Part shown: piece by piece, positions 1-11,756 of the stretch
Layout of the letters: every line of letters starts with the position of its first letter
How positions within the stretch are numbered: position 1 is the stretch's first letter
Source: Podarcis pityusensis
Taxonomy: Eukaryota
DNA length: 64,000 nucleotides
Assembly: GCA_964106645.2 (NCBI GenBank)
Contig: OZ067044.1
Strand: one strand, 5' to 3'
Translations under genes and position numbers: made by a program
The notes under the pieces: model-generated
What the model saw: only the letters and a program-made list of their open reading frames with translations
Databases searched by the model: none
What the model was told of the DNA's origin: nothing

Positions 1-1227
1 ATAGCAATTTGTGGTGTTTGTACATTATATTGGTTGATACCAATGGCAGGGGGTTAGGATCATTTCCTTGCTTCCCAGCCTCCTTTCCTATTCACTGCAA
101 ATTCTCATCATTCCGAACCATAATTTGCTGGTACATCCATATTGAAGTTAGCCATAGTTCCTAATTTGGAATTTGTAACCCGCTTCAAATCAGTTTTTCA
201 AATGTTAGGTGGGAATGTTTGCATTAACTGCAGTTAATGACATTGGATGGTGAACCATGGTTAAGTGCTGTGGGGAAAGGGTGGGGAAATCCATGCTTGA
301 GAGGGGAGGACCTGGGGGGAAAGGGCATTATAGTCCTACCACCTGCAGTCAATCCTATAACCATGGTTAAGGCCTGGCTTGTATTACATATATGCTGGTC
401 TTGGAAGTACTTTCTCACTTTTTCAGGTGAAGCTTGCAATGGTGCGTAAAGCACGATGATGCAGTTCTGCTTAGAGTGTTGTTACCAACTCGTTGTTCTA
501 GAACTTTCATTAAGTTCGTAACAACGTAATTTATATTTCAAAATGCAGTCGTTTTAAATTTTGTAATGTTGTTTGTGCTTAAAACTAATTTAACCTTTCT
601 GTAAATATTTAGCTAAATTGTAGAATATGAGCAATCTGGTGAACCAAAGAATAGCATGTATGGCATGAGTACAGATGATGGGGTAAAGAATGATTTCTGA
701 AAATGAAGGCATCAGGGGATCTTGGTAATGTGATGCTATGGACCCAGGAGAGGCTTGCTCTACTGATTGCTCTGGATGCTTTTTATGCTTCACAAAAATG
801 GCTACTGTTGGGTTCATTATGAGGCCTTCCAGATTTGGTTTTGAGCAGATAAATTTTTTACATCGGAAATAAAATGGGCATGAGGTAACTAACTGGAGGG
901 TGTCTCATCATGTTCTATAGATTTCATTCTCCAGTTCGTAGAGATCAGCTTCTAGTTGTGTAGTAGGCAAACATCTATTAGTGAGTAGTCTTTCTAAATA
1001 ATAATCGTAAGCTACGTTTTTGACTCGTCTGCTGCTGTTGAATTAGTTCCATTTTACAGTTTACTGTTTTGATGATTTGATATTCTTAATACGTTTTGGT
1101 GGCTGCTTTGAGTGAGTAACTTTTTTAGGACCAAAAATTCAGGATTGGAATGATCCTATAAATAATAAATGTCTGGAAAACCCAATACTTCATAATATAC
1201 AGGCCGTAATAGGCATTGGAATATCTT

Positions 1228-1428
1228 CTTTTTAACCCTAAAAACAAGGTGTAAGCTTGGTTTTAAGAGAAAGAATATAAAACATTAATGAAAGTTTTGT
1301 GCAACCAGAATTAACTTTTTTCTAACCTTGAAAAACAAAACAAGGTGTAAGCTTGGTATTAAACTCAAAGTTAAAAGAGAGAGAAATAATATAAAACATT
1401 AATGAAAGTTTTGTGGAAGCAGAATTAA
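1228..1428. repeat. Imperfect tandem duplication (~87 and ~114 bp units)
   Basis: aaaacaaggtgtaagcttggt and aatataaaacattaatgaaagttttgtg..cagaattaa each occur twice. Confidence 0.88.
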
Positions 1429-2279
1429 AATCAGCAACAAAAATAAAAACAATTAAGAGCATCTGTTTTAGAATGCTTATCAGTTCTGTTTATAACAAAC
1501 GAAGAAAATCCATTATCTGCAACAATAAGGGGAATTTCCTTTTCCAAATGTTGATTTACTTGCAGAAGTGTGATCTTGCATTTAGATATTTTTGGCAACT
1601 AATGTTCCTCTCTGGTGTTTGACATTATAATTTCAGGGATACCAGTCTGCATTCTGAGCAGTTTATAGCCTACTTCACAACGCAGTTACGACGAGGGGTT
1701 GGCATCTAAACTAATTTAGACACTTTCTCTGATAGGGAACCCACAGATAGCATGATCTACAACACACTTAAGCCAATGTTATTTGATTTTAGCCTATATG
1801 CTCCAGTATTTAATACATTTTGGAAATAATAGCATTGAGTTTAATATGCTCATAATTGTGTCCACCTATGGCAATTACAAGGGAAATGGCAATCTGGTTG
1901 TGGTGGCATGTTGCCAAAGGCTGAGTTCAGCACATGGTGACAGGTGCACACAACCAGCTTGGGTAAAATAGCCACTAGGCTTTTTCACTGCCACCAGATG
2001 TAATAGTTCTGACAATGACCACAGTCTCAGTAAGTGTGTTTAGGGTGCAGCCTGGTCTTAGACATACTACTTGCTTTGAAGTCAGTTCCATAGATGTCGA
2101 AGAGAATTCCAAGCACATATGTTTAGGATCAAGATTAGTCCAATTCAGTGCAAATAAATTGGCTTAAATCCTAATACTTTGGCTTAAAATTAAATGGAGT
2201 TGTGGTTTGGGTTGTCAGCCCATTCTAGACCTATAAACGTGGTTGAATTTGCATGAGGGTTATTTTTCTCCCGACCTGG

Positions 2280-2900
2280 AAGCATGCAACATGTTTACAA
2301 ACAGGAAGCAGTTCATTATATTCATATTTATCACAACATCTGTAATGTCGACCAGGGGTCAAGTCATTACATTAAATTTATTGTAACCATTATTAATGCA
2401 TGTAGGCTTGTGCCTCAGTTATGATATAAGACTGCTGTTTCTTGATTAAAAGCTGTTTGGCAATGCCGAGATAGAATACAGATTCTCCCTGCCTCATGGT
2501 GACTGACAGCAGCTTCTGGTATTCTTCTTTTTTCTGGCAGTGGAGTATATTAATATGAACACACCTTGCAGAGTAGGCTCAGAGCTGCAAGAAGTATAGA
2601 ATGCAGAAAACTGTCTAATTTCAGCAGGCACAACTGTGCCTCCATAAGGTAGCCAAATTTATCACGGCACATTACAGAATGCAGCAAATGTCATGAAAGC
2701 CATTGTTTTTAAAAAATTTTCCCTGGGTGGCTGAATGAGGTGATTTATGGAGTTATCCATCTTAAGGGTCATCTATCAATTTTTAGTTGCTAGGCAATCA
2801 AACTAGCAGCTGTTTGCTTTGAATCAAGCTGAAAAGTTGTCAGTCATCGCATGCAGGTATGACCTTAGTGGTTAAATGCATTACCATGCATGCAAAATTA
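2280..2900. promoter_or_regulatory. Candidate intronic enhancer / conserved non-coding element
   Basis: No TE similarity noticed; TGATTTATGG (PBX-HOX) at 2741-2750, TGACAG at ~2504, TGTTTAC forkhead site at ~2292. Confidence 0.4.
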
Positions 2901-3304
2901 AAAGAAACAATGTCCTCCATTTCACCCATCATGTATGGCATATTGTAAGGCTTAACGATAATTGTAGTACAAAATGAAGTGGTGAAAAAGGAGTTAGTGT
3001 GCGCTACATACTAGACAATACCTTCTGTTTTCCTCCCAAAATAGCTAGTTATATCTTTTCAGCATGGAACGTTGTTTTCCCTATTATCCCTTTCCTTTCT
3101 AAGAAGTGTTCATTTTGAAGACAGCGACAAAAGGGAGACAAGGTCATCTTCTAACATACAAATTCTTAGGATGGTAGAACCTCCCTACTATTCCAGCAGA
3201 AATTTTGCTCTTACGTTGCAGTTTCCAGGGACCTTAAACATTGCATTGACACAAATGTTTAGCATTGGGGAAGCCATATTCTATTAATGAAAATTAGATT
3301 ACCG

Positions 3305-3392
3305 TGGCTGCGATCCTAAACACACTTACTGGCAATAAATTTCATTGAGCTACGTGGAACTTTCTACTGGGTAAACATACTTAAGATTACAG
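3305..3392. repeat. Short old palindromic dispersed repeat; relatives at ~2044-2135, 25250-25330, 30640-30735, 31480-31575, 32275-32335, 44271-44342, 49238-49290
   Basis: Recurrent motif gc(a/g)atcct..cac.tact...(a)gtaa...cattga...gga..tac..tgagta.aca..taggattgca with self-complementary ends. Confidence 0.55.
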
Positions 3393-3754
3393 TGTGTCCA
3401 CGTGTGTATCCTGCAGTCAGCTTGCTAATGTTATCTTGAGAGGATAAATCTAAGAAAGAGAAAAACTATTGTGCAAGCCATACTCAGGCTTTGTAAGCAG
3501 ATGATTCTAGTGACAGCACCACACAGTGCTCATTTTTGAAGCGTTCACATTCTGCTCAACTACTGCTTGTTAGTATCCCGATATACTAATGCCCTGCTAT
3601 TAGTATACAAAGTGCTTCACAATCTTTTATATCATCTGTCCTCGTAACAAATTGTGAGGTAGATCTTTAACATTCCTGTTTTGCAGAAGGAGCACTGAGG
3701 TCGAAGGATAGTGATTTAAAACAGAAGTATGTGTGGTACAGTGCTTGCTACTGA

Positions 3755-3966
3755 CTAAGCATTAGGAAGAACTTTCTGACAGTAGGAGCTGTTCGACAGT
3801 GGAACGGTCTCCCTCGGGAGGGGATGGACTCTTTTCCTTGGAGGTTTTTAAGCAGAGATTATGTGGCCGTCTGCCATGTATGATTTAGATGAGATTCCAG
3901 CATTGCAGAGGGTTGAGCTAGATGACCCTTGGGGTTCCTTCCAGATCTGCAGTTCTATGATTCTTT
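3755..3966 (+). mobile_element. CR1 LINE 3' end
   Basis: cattaggaagaactttctgacagt..cagtggaac..ccttggaggtttttaagcagag..gatgacccttggggttccttcc..ttctatgattct (CR1 ATTCTRTG tail). Confidence 0.88.
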
Positions 3967-5562
3967 GAAAGGCAGTCATCACCACTTCTTTATATTGCAA
4001 TCTGTACGCAATTTTGTGTCTGCCTGGTCAACTGCTGACATCCTCCAAAATACAGAAAAATAACTGAAACGAAAGCCTCAAGAGAGTGTCACTGCTTTTG
4101 AAAATCTAAACAAACCAGCCTACCCTGGAAATATTATACAGGGTTTGATGCAGAGGATTCTGGACAGCATTTGAAGAGAATTGATTTGCAGATGGCTTCA
4201 GCAAGGAGGGCAAAACTGTGTTTAAATGATCCTTCAATGTAAGAATTTAGACCAATGTCAGAAAAGTTCACATCCTGTACGTTCTAGTTAATAAGAAATG
4301 GCATCTATCCACAACAATAATTGTGTACACCCCTCGCCCCCCCCCGGCTGTTGAAGAAAGAACTTCTCTCAGTTGTCAAGAAGCTTCATAGAAGAAAAGG
4401 GAGAGAAGCTTTTAACCATGTGTACTGTGCATTTGTGACACTGTATTTATTTTGAGTTGTTTTGGGCACGGTTCACCATGGAAAAGTGACATATAAATTA
4501 AACTGAACTAAACTAAAAATATGCTTCTTGAAATTGCTTGAACTTGAAGCATTATGTGCAGCTCTGTGTATCAGATAAATCAGCAGTAAAACTCTGACCT
4601 GTGACATGCTCCTGAGAGTTCTTGCCAAAACACTACTGCAGTGATTCTACTGGTTACAACACTGCTTTCAGTAGATGCACTCTATCTTGATCAACAGTGC
4701 TAAACAGGACAAGGGCTCAGCAGCCTTGAGAATTTTTTTCTCTTTTTGGTTCGTAGCTTCAGATGACTGCATATAGGCAGAGCATTCCAAAGGTGGTGAT
4801 GGTAGATTCTCTTACACAGAAACTGTCATTACTTAAAACCTGCTGGCTCGGTCCAGCCAGGGCAAAAGGCGTTGTGGACAGGGGAATTATTTCCTTCTCC
4901 CGAAATTCAGACTTCATTTTGTTAAGAGTCCTGGGAATTGTAGCTTTGTGAGGGGTAAACTATAGTTCGCAGGATTCTGTGTGGGGAAGCCATGACTATT
5001 AAAGTGGTTTAAATGTGGTTTAAATGTGTGCTATAGGTGTAACACAATTTGCTCGCCTCTGTTGAAGTAGGAAATACGGATTTAAAAAGCCCACACAACA
5101 CATTTGGGAACTATGCACACTTTTGAGGAAACTGATGCAAAGTTGTACTGGTGATAAAACCCTTATGCTTCTTTAAAACAATTGCCAATTTTAAATTATT
5201 ATTATTATACTATTTTCACATAGGTTTATAAAACCAAACATAGCATAAACATGGAAAGTAAGAAAAATAAAATAATTAGAGCCTTTAGATAAAATAAGGA
5301 TCAGTTAAAATCTACAGCACATGTGTTGAAGCTAGTGCCATGCATACAAATAAATCAAATGATGGACCCATGATAAATAAGGCATGGCCTGGTAATCACT
5401 TTCCATAGTGAACTAGAAAGCTTCACCAGACATTGAGATTACTAGTCTTTGCTATGAATATATAATTTTATATTTTCCAGGCTTTGCTGGTGGTCTGTCC
5501 ATACTTTTGATAAGTATGATTGATGAGACAACTAGGTAGGCAGAAAAGTTTAGCCTTGTGGT

Positions 5563-5710
5563 AACAAGAGCACGGATTATCTGGTCCAGTATTCTGTTTT
5601 CTCAGTGTCTAATGAGATTCCAGTGGGAAGCTCACAAGAAGGACCTGACTGCAACATCACCCTCCCCACTTGAGCTCCCCAGTAACTAGTATTCAGAAGC
5701 TTGCTGCAGT
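5563..5710 (-). mobile_element. Degenerate CR1-type 3'UTR fragment
   Basis: atctggtccagtattctgttttctcagtg..gggaagctcacaag..ctccccagtaactagtattcag resembles squamate CR1 3' ends. Confidence 0.5.
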
Positions 5711-6377
5711 TGCCTAGGTCATTATGTTTTCAGCTGTGCAGAATCTAACTTGACAAGCTAGTGACAATCTGTACTGTGCGTAGGAGTTTTGGGTGCTTGC
5801 AAAAGTGTGTTTTGCTTTTCCACTTTCCCCACTGATGTGGTGAGAGCTAGTTTGTGCAAGTGTACTTCCTTTGTTGAAAAGATGCTATGGATGTGCCCCG
5901 AAGTCTCAGTGTCTCCCACTCCAACTCTACTGCAGAGGAAGTCACAGGTGTGATATAACTCCCAAGAGTAATGAAAGGGTGGTTGGCAACCATGGATTTG
6001 ATGCTGCTCAGTTTGTAACACAGAATTTTCGCTTGAGGTATTTTTATTTTTATTATTTTTTGCTATAAGCCCCTTCAACTTTTTCTTGGCTCTCGGCTCC
6101 TGGCTGTCATTTTGCTGCTTGAAGGAGGCAGGGTTTTGTTTTCATTTTTTCTTTCTTTCAAAGCATTGGAAACCACAACACTGCTTCATCTGGCTAGCAA
6201 TTCTCTTTTGTAGTCTTGGACTGGGGTGGTTAGCACTAGTAAGGGGTATAATGTTTATTCCTGAATACATTGAAGGCAAACCTCTATAATGCCTGGAGTT
6301 TGGTCTATATATCTATATGAGTGACTTATAGACTACTTGATCACAATAGGTCAGGTTTCAATGATACGGCTAATACT

Positions 6378-6513
6378 CAAGGCTTTTTTTCAGCTGGAGC
6401 TCACTGGATCTCAGCTCCAGCTCTTGTCACGTGGGCGCCATTGCCATTCTAAGAAAATAAGGGAGAAGTTCATGGTGAGTTCCAGCATCTATTTTTCTAG
6501 AAAAACCGCACTG
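6378..6513. mobile_element. hAT-like non-autonomous element
   Basis: Ends caaggctttttt ... aaaaaccgcactg; 8-bp flanks ctaatact/ctgatatt (6/8 match). Confidence 0.5.
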
Positions 6514-7193
6514 CTGATATTAATCCTGTCCTCAAGGGTTCAAAGCTAAAGGGTAGCAAAGAGTTGTAAGAAAGATAAGATCCCAAAATAGCCTATATCA
6601 ACATAATAAAAATTAATAAGAGCCATGTATTGTATCATTCCCTCTCTCTTGTATCTTATTCATCTCACTCAGGAGCCACCAGGCTCACACCTCACACTTT
6701 GGAACAGTGTTTTCCCACAAGGAACCTCTGTTTGGAGGGTAGGGGTGGGGGGGCAGTACTGTGGGATGTGGGCATTGTCATTCCATATTAATTCAAAAAA
6801 ATCAATAAAATATTGTTGTTTTTAAAAGAGGAGTCAATGTGGTGCCTGCCAGGTGTTGCTGAACTATGAATCCTATCAGCCCAATCCAGCATGGCCAGTG
6901 GTTGGAGATCAAGCAAGTTGTGGTCTAACAATATATGGAGGGCACTGTTTGCTTCTACCGAACTAGCTGATATTCCTTTTTCTCTACCTTCTCTTCTTCA
7001 CCATATTTTTGTTCAGTGAGTAGCTGAAACTTCTTCATCCAACGCAGTTGCAGTCACTCAGCCCAATGCTCAAACTTCTTGGTTTTCAACTTCTTTAATT
7101 CTACCAGAGTTGGGAATTGTCTGCTATCAAATGCATGTCTTTCAACACAGAAATCACAGAACTTACAAAACAGGTCTCTGTACATCTTTATCT

Positions 7194-7241
7194 GTTTTGT
7201 TTTGTTTTGTTTTGTTTTGTTTGTTTTGTTTTGTTTTGTTT
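7194..7241. repeat. (TTTTG)n microsatellite
   Basis: Direct reading. Confidence 0.9.
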
Positions 7242-10200
7242 GAGAGTACAGAACTAATTTCCAAATATTTTTTCAGCCTGGAAGTAATGTTTTATGTAAC
7301 AGATGGGGCATACTATTTTTGAGGTGGAATGCCAGACAAAGGAGATGAGTTTCTATTCTGGATGACCAAAGCTCTCTCCAGAGATTGGGTAGGAAAGGAA
7401 GGGGAGGAGGAAAATACAAGAAGGGGTTGAACTATAGCTGATGCTTCTGTATAAGCTTTCTGCAGTTATTTGAGATTGGACACGTGTAAACTTTATTTGT
7501 CATGTGAGAGTAACTGTAATTCCGCTGCAACGTTTGGCAAACAGAAAAACGTTTGTTTTCCGTTTTGTTCGTTTATCAAATTTGTTCCCCCAGAGAAGTC
7601 AAGGCAGCATTCACAGAGTTATCCCTGTGTTTTTATTAAAATTGGTAAATTATGACAGAAAAGGAAATCATTTGCATGCATACAAAAGGAAATAATGGAA
7701 AAAAAACCCCTCTAAAATAGTATGTAGCATAAGATCAAGCAAGAGAAGACACAATTACAATATTTTCATTTGGTGAGTCCGTACGTGAATTCCTTAGTTA
7801 TCTCATTTCATTTTTCCAACAACCATTTGAGGCAGGCTACTCTGAAAGAGGAAGTACGTTCAAAAGGTATGGCGATATTCATTAGGATATATAGCTTTAA
7901 TAAAGCACTATGAGAACTCAGGAAGGAGAAGTATTTCAATCTGGTGGTGCTGTCCCCCTAGAATTTAAAACCTCATGGGTAAGTGGGGAGTATGTGACTC
8001 TGGTGTGAAAAGTGGGATTGTGTTCCCTTGAGAGAAAATGAGAACTGATGTGATTGAATGTAAGAAATAGCAGCAGATGGTGGAAACCAGTTGGTGATCT
8101 TGTTCTCCCTGAAGGGCTTCTGTTTCAGCTAACAGAAGGGGAAAGCAGACAGCTTTTGCAGATTTTCCCTCCCCCGTGCAGTTGCCAGCACCCCCTAAAA
8201 ACTGAGTTGAGGAACCTTCCAGAACAGGGTTGAAGGTAGCATGGAGATATGGAGGTGGAAAGGAGAACTGGCAAAAACGCCCTCCCCTCCCTTTTTATTA
8301 GCAGAGGTGTCCACTGGATCAAAAGCCATGGTATCCACTGGATCAAAAGCGACAGGGCACTAACTGATTCCTCACAATACTCTAGGTAGAAAAGCTTCAG
8401 AAGAAGTTTGTAGAAAACCTTAAAGTAAGCCTGAAGAAGTCTGTGCAAGAGCAAGTTAGATAACCAGCTATGAGGCATGAAGGCTAACCCCGAAGCCGGT
8501 GGAGTGCTGTAGTCAATAGCTGAGAATCGGAACAAGGGGATGCTAGAAACTGGTAGTTTTGAGGAGACATCGACAGATGAAGTAAATGGTGTGTGTTGGT
8601 TGAAGATGAAGCATCGTCTTGGAGTTCAGGATCTGTCTAGTGCAGAGTGGCAGATACTCTGTTCCTTGCTTCCATTTATGGTTGTAATGTTAAGGGAACC
8701 CTGTCTGTGTTTTGTACATTCCAGTTCACCAGAGTCAGGAGCAGTTCCAGTCTAGGTTTTACAAAAAGCTCAGGAGCTCTTGATATGGGACCTGAGGCAT
8801 TTGAAGAGAGATTTCTGGTGGGCTTTTCCCATGTCCTATATGTGTGTGTTAGAGTTTGTTCCCATTAAAGTCATTTTGTCACCATCAGTCGAGTAAAGAG
8901 TTGATCTTACAGTGGTATGCTTGCATATTGCAAATAAATTAGGGCCCCTCTGGGCATCTTTCTCTTTCATAATGACTTGTGTGCATGATGATATTGGGAT
9001 GGCTATACACGATCTTGCTTTCAATATTGCGCCTGCAAACGTTACAGGACAGACATAGTTCTTCATTTCCAATCAGTGCGTGTCCCATAGCTTTCTGCTG
9101 AAATCCTGTTACAAATGTAACATGTTTGTTTGTTTGTTTGCTCCTTCTTTTGTTGCACTGTAGTGCAGGTGTGTCCCTCCAAACAGCAATAATGTGGTAA
9201 CATTGCAGAAGCATTACAGAAACACTAATGAAATGGAAAGATGTGTGGATGGTCCAGTATAAATCCACCTGTAATTCACTGATGATATGGCAGATTACAC
9301 ACACAAACACACCAAACAAACAAGCCAAACAAAACCAGCTTGGAGGGCCCCCCAGACATTACAAAGACAGCCTAATTCCCCCAATGCTCTCTCATCCAAA
9401 CTAAATCTGTTATCACTGTCCTCTGGAATAGCTCATGCCTAGTGGAAGAACAGACCATGTAACAGTATGTTTTCTTGTGCATTTCGGTTTTTTAAAAATG
9501 TATTTCATTGTGTTGTGGTAGAAAGGATTTTGTGGGTGCTTCCAAACCCAGACATTTAAAAGATGCCCTGAATTGGTGTGCCTTGCTGCTGCAAGCCACG
9601 TGGAGATTCCTTCTAATGCAAAAAGATTAGCAGGATCAATCCAAGGGGTACAGGCCAGATCAGAAATTGTAGCACTAAAGCATGCAGTAGTACGTCTTCT
9701 TTAGATATTCACTTTCTGTTTAGTGCCACAGGCATTGGAAAACTTCCACCTAGACACAGCCTGAGAGTCTGATTTGAGTGTTTGAGATGAGCTTTACCTA
9801 GGTTTTAAATTTCTTTTCCATGGATAAAGGTTTCTCAGCATTGACATGCTTCCCCGCTCCTTTTGATGAACTTTAACCACTTCTTCTGTTTTGAAATTAA
9901 TTACTAGTCCAGCTGTTTTAAAATTCTGCTGTCTGATCACTACCCTGTGCACTTTTGCTTCAATTTTATTTGCTACAAATGATCAAAGCATTCTGTGGTT
10001 TTTCTTGGATCATGGAAATAAATAAATTGGATAGTGTCAAGGGCAGAAAGCACTGAAAATGGACAGGCAATCAAAAGTCAAATTCAGTAGAAAATACAGG
10101 TGAAAATAGCTAAACAGTGATCACGAAGAACATAGAACAATGTGTCATTGCTATCAAAATACCGAAATGTGAAAGAGAAAAGTTGCTCACAACTCTGGTA

Positions 10201-10255
10201 CAAAATGTCATGTTCCTGTGACCATTTTATTTACTTGGTTGTAAACATTTGATAA

Positions 10256-10617
10256 GGGACGCGGGTGGCGCTGTGGGTAAAACCTCAGTGCCTAGGACTT
10301 GCCAATCGCATGGTCGGCGGTTCGAATCCCCGTGGCGGGGTGAGCTCCTGTCTTTCGGTCCCAGCTCCTGCCCACCTAGCAGTTCGAAAGCACCCTTAAG
10401 TGCAAGTAGATAAATAGGTACCGCTTTCTAGCGGGAAGGTAAACAGCGTTTCCGTGTGCTGCGCTCTTGCTGGCTCGCCAGAGCAGCTTTGTCACGCTGG
10501 CCACGTGACCCGGAAGTGTCTCCGGACAGCGCTGGCCCCCGGCCTCTTAAGTGAGATGGGCGCACAACCCTAGAGTCGGACACGACTGGCCCGTACGGGC
10601 AGGGGTAACTTTACCTT
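10256..10617 (+). mobile_element. Sauria SINE (full length)
   Basis: tRNA-like head with A box (tggcgctgtgg) and B box (ggttcgaatcc); BovB-type tail gagtcggacacgact; (ACCTTT)-type end; 14-bp TSD taaacatttgataa at 10242-10255 and 10618-10631. Confidence 0.93.
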
Positions 10618-11257
10618 TAAACATTTGATAAATTGCATCAGCCAAATGGAATATTTACTTTCAGAAATTGATGACTTTATTTCCTGAGAGTGTGTGACCT
10701 CTCATGCATGTATGTAGAGCAGGCTATTGTTTTTCTCTGGTAAAGTTAGTTTTCTCAGTCTGTTTTGCTAAGAGAAGTGAACTTCACGTAAGCCTTCTGC
10801 TTAGGTAGATACTTAATGGTGGTTATACCACTATGACAAAATCTTGTTGTAAGTGATTATTACATGACAAAGCAGTAAAGCAGTTTATTACTAGAAGCTG
10901 TAAATTATATTCATTGTGTTGTGTTTGAGTAGCATTCTTTTGGCATAATGTGTTCAGCTCTCAACCAGTAATCTGAGAACGGACCTATATATGGCCAACA
11001 GAACTAAGTTACCATTAATACTCTTTGTATTAACTTGTCGGAGAGCATATCCTCTTCCAGTGCATATGGTTTATCATTGATAATTTTACTTACATGTTGA
11101 CTTCCAGTGCAGTAAAATTACTGCCTGCAGGCCCATTTACAGACCACAAATGACTAGAGAATAAATAATATTGCTAGTATGATAATCTCTTACAGTTGGT
11201 ATTTGGCTTTCCTGTGATATAGCAGCAGTGGAAGTTTCTGTTAGCAAGATTCAAGTA

Positions 11258-11756
11258 CAGTGGTACCTCCGGTTACAGACACTTTGGGTTACACAATTTC
11301 AGGTTATGGACCGCAGGAAACCCGGAAGTACAGTGGTACCTCGGGTTAAGTACTTAATTCGTTCCGGGGGTCTGTTCTTAACCTGAAACTGTTCTTAATC
11401 TGAAGCACCACTTTAGCTAATGGGGCCTCCTGCTGCCGCCGCACTGCCGAAACCCGATTTCTGTTTTTATCCTGAAGCAAAGTTCTTAACCTGAAGCACT
11501 ATTTCTGGGTTAGCGGAGTGTGTAACCTGAAGCGTATGTAACCTGAAGTGTATGTAACCCGAGGTACCACTGTACCGGAAAGGGTTACTTCCGGGTTTCG
11601 CTGCATGCGCAGAAGTGCTAAATCGTGCATTGCGCATTTGCAGAAGCGCCAAATCGCGTCACGTGCATGTGTGGACGCAGCGCTGCAGGTTACGAACGCT
11701 GTGGGTTGCGGACGTGCCTCCGTCACGGATTATGTTCGCAACCCGAGCTTCCACTG
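11258..11756. mobile_element. Tc1/mariner-pogo-type MITE (outer element, interrupted by a nested MITE)
   Basis: TA|CAGTGGTACCTCCGGTTAC ... GCAACCCGAGCTTCCACTG|TA: imperfect TIRs with TA target duplication. Confidence 0.85.
11331..11572. mobile_element. Tc1/mariner-pogo-type MITE (inner, nested)
   Basis: TA|CAGTGGTACCTCGGGTTA ... TAACCCGAGGTACCACTG|TA: perfect 18-bp TIRs; internal aacctgaag repeats. Confidence 0.92.

Noticed and set aside
8306-8350. 24-bp-period duplication tccactggatcaaaagc within a 136-aa minus-strand ORF
   Set aside because: Short local duplication; the ORF has no recognisable homology or splice context
11331-11572. Regularly spaced aacctgaag repeats resembling a CRISPR array
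   Set aside because: Eukaryotic context, short irregular repeats, enclosed by TIRs and TA duplication: internal MITE repeats
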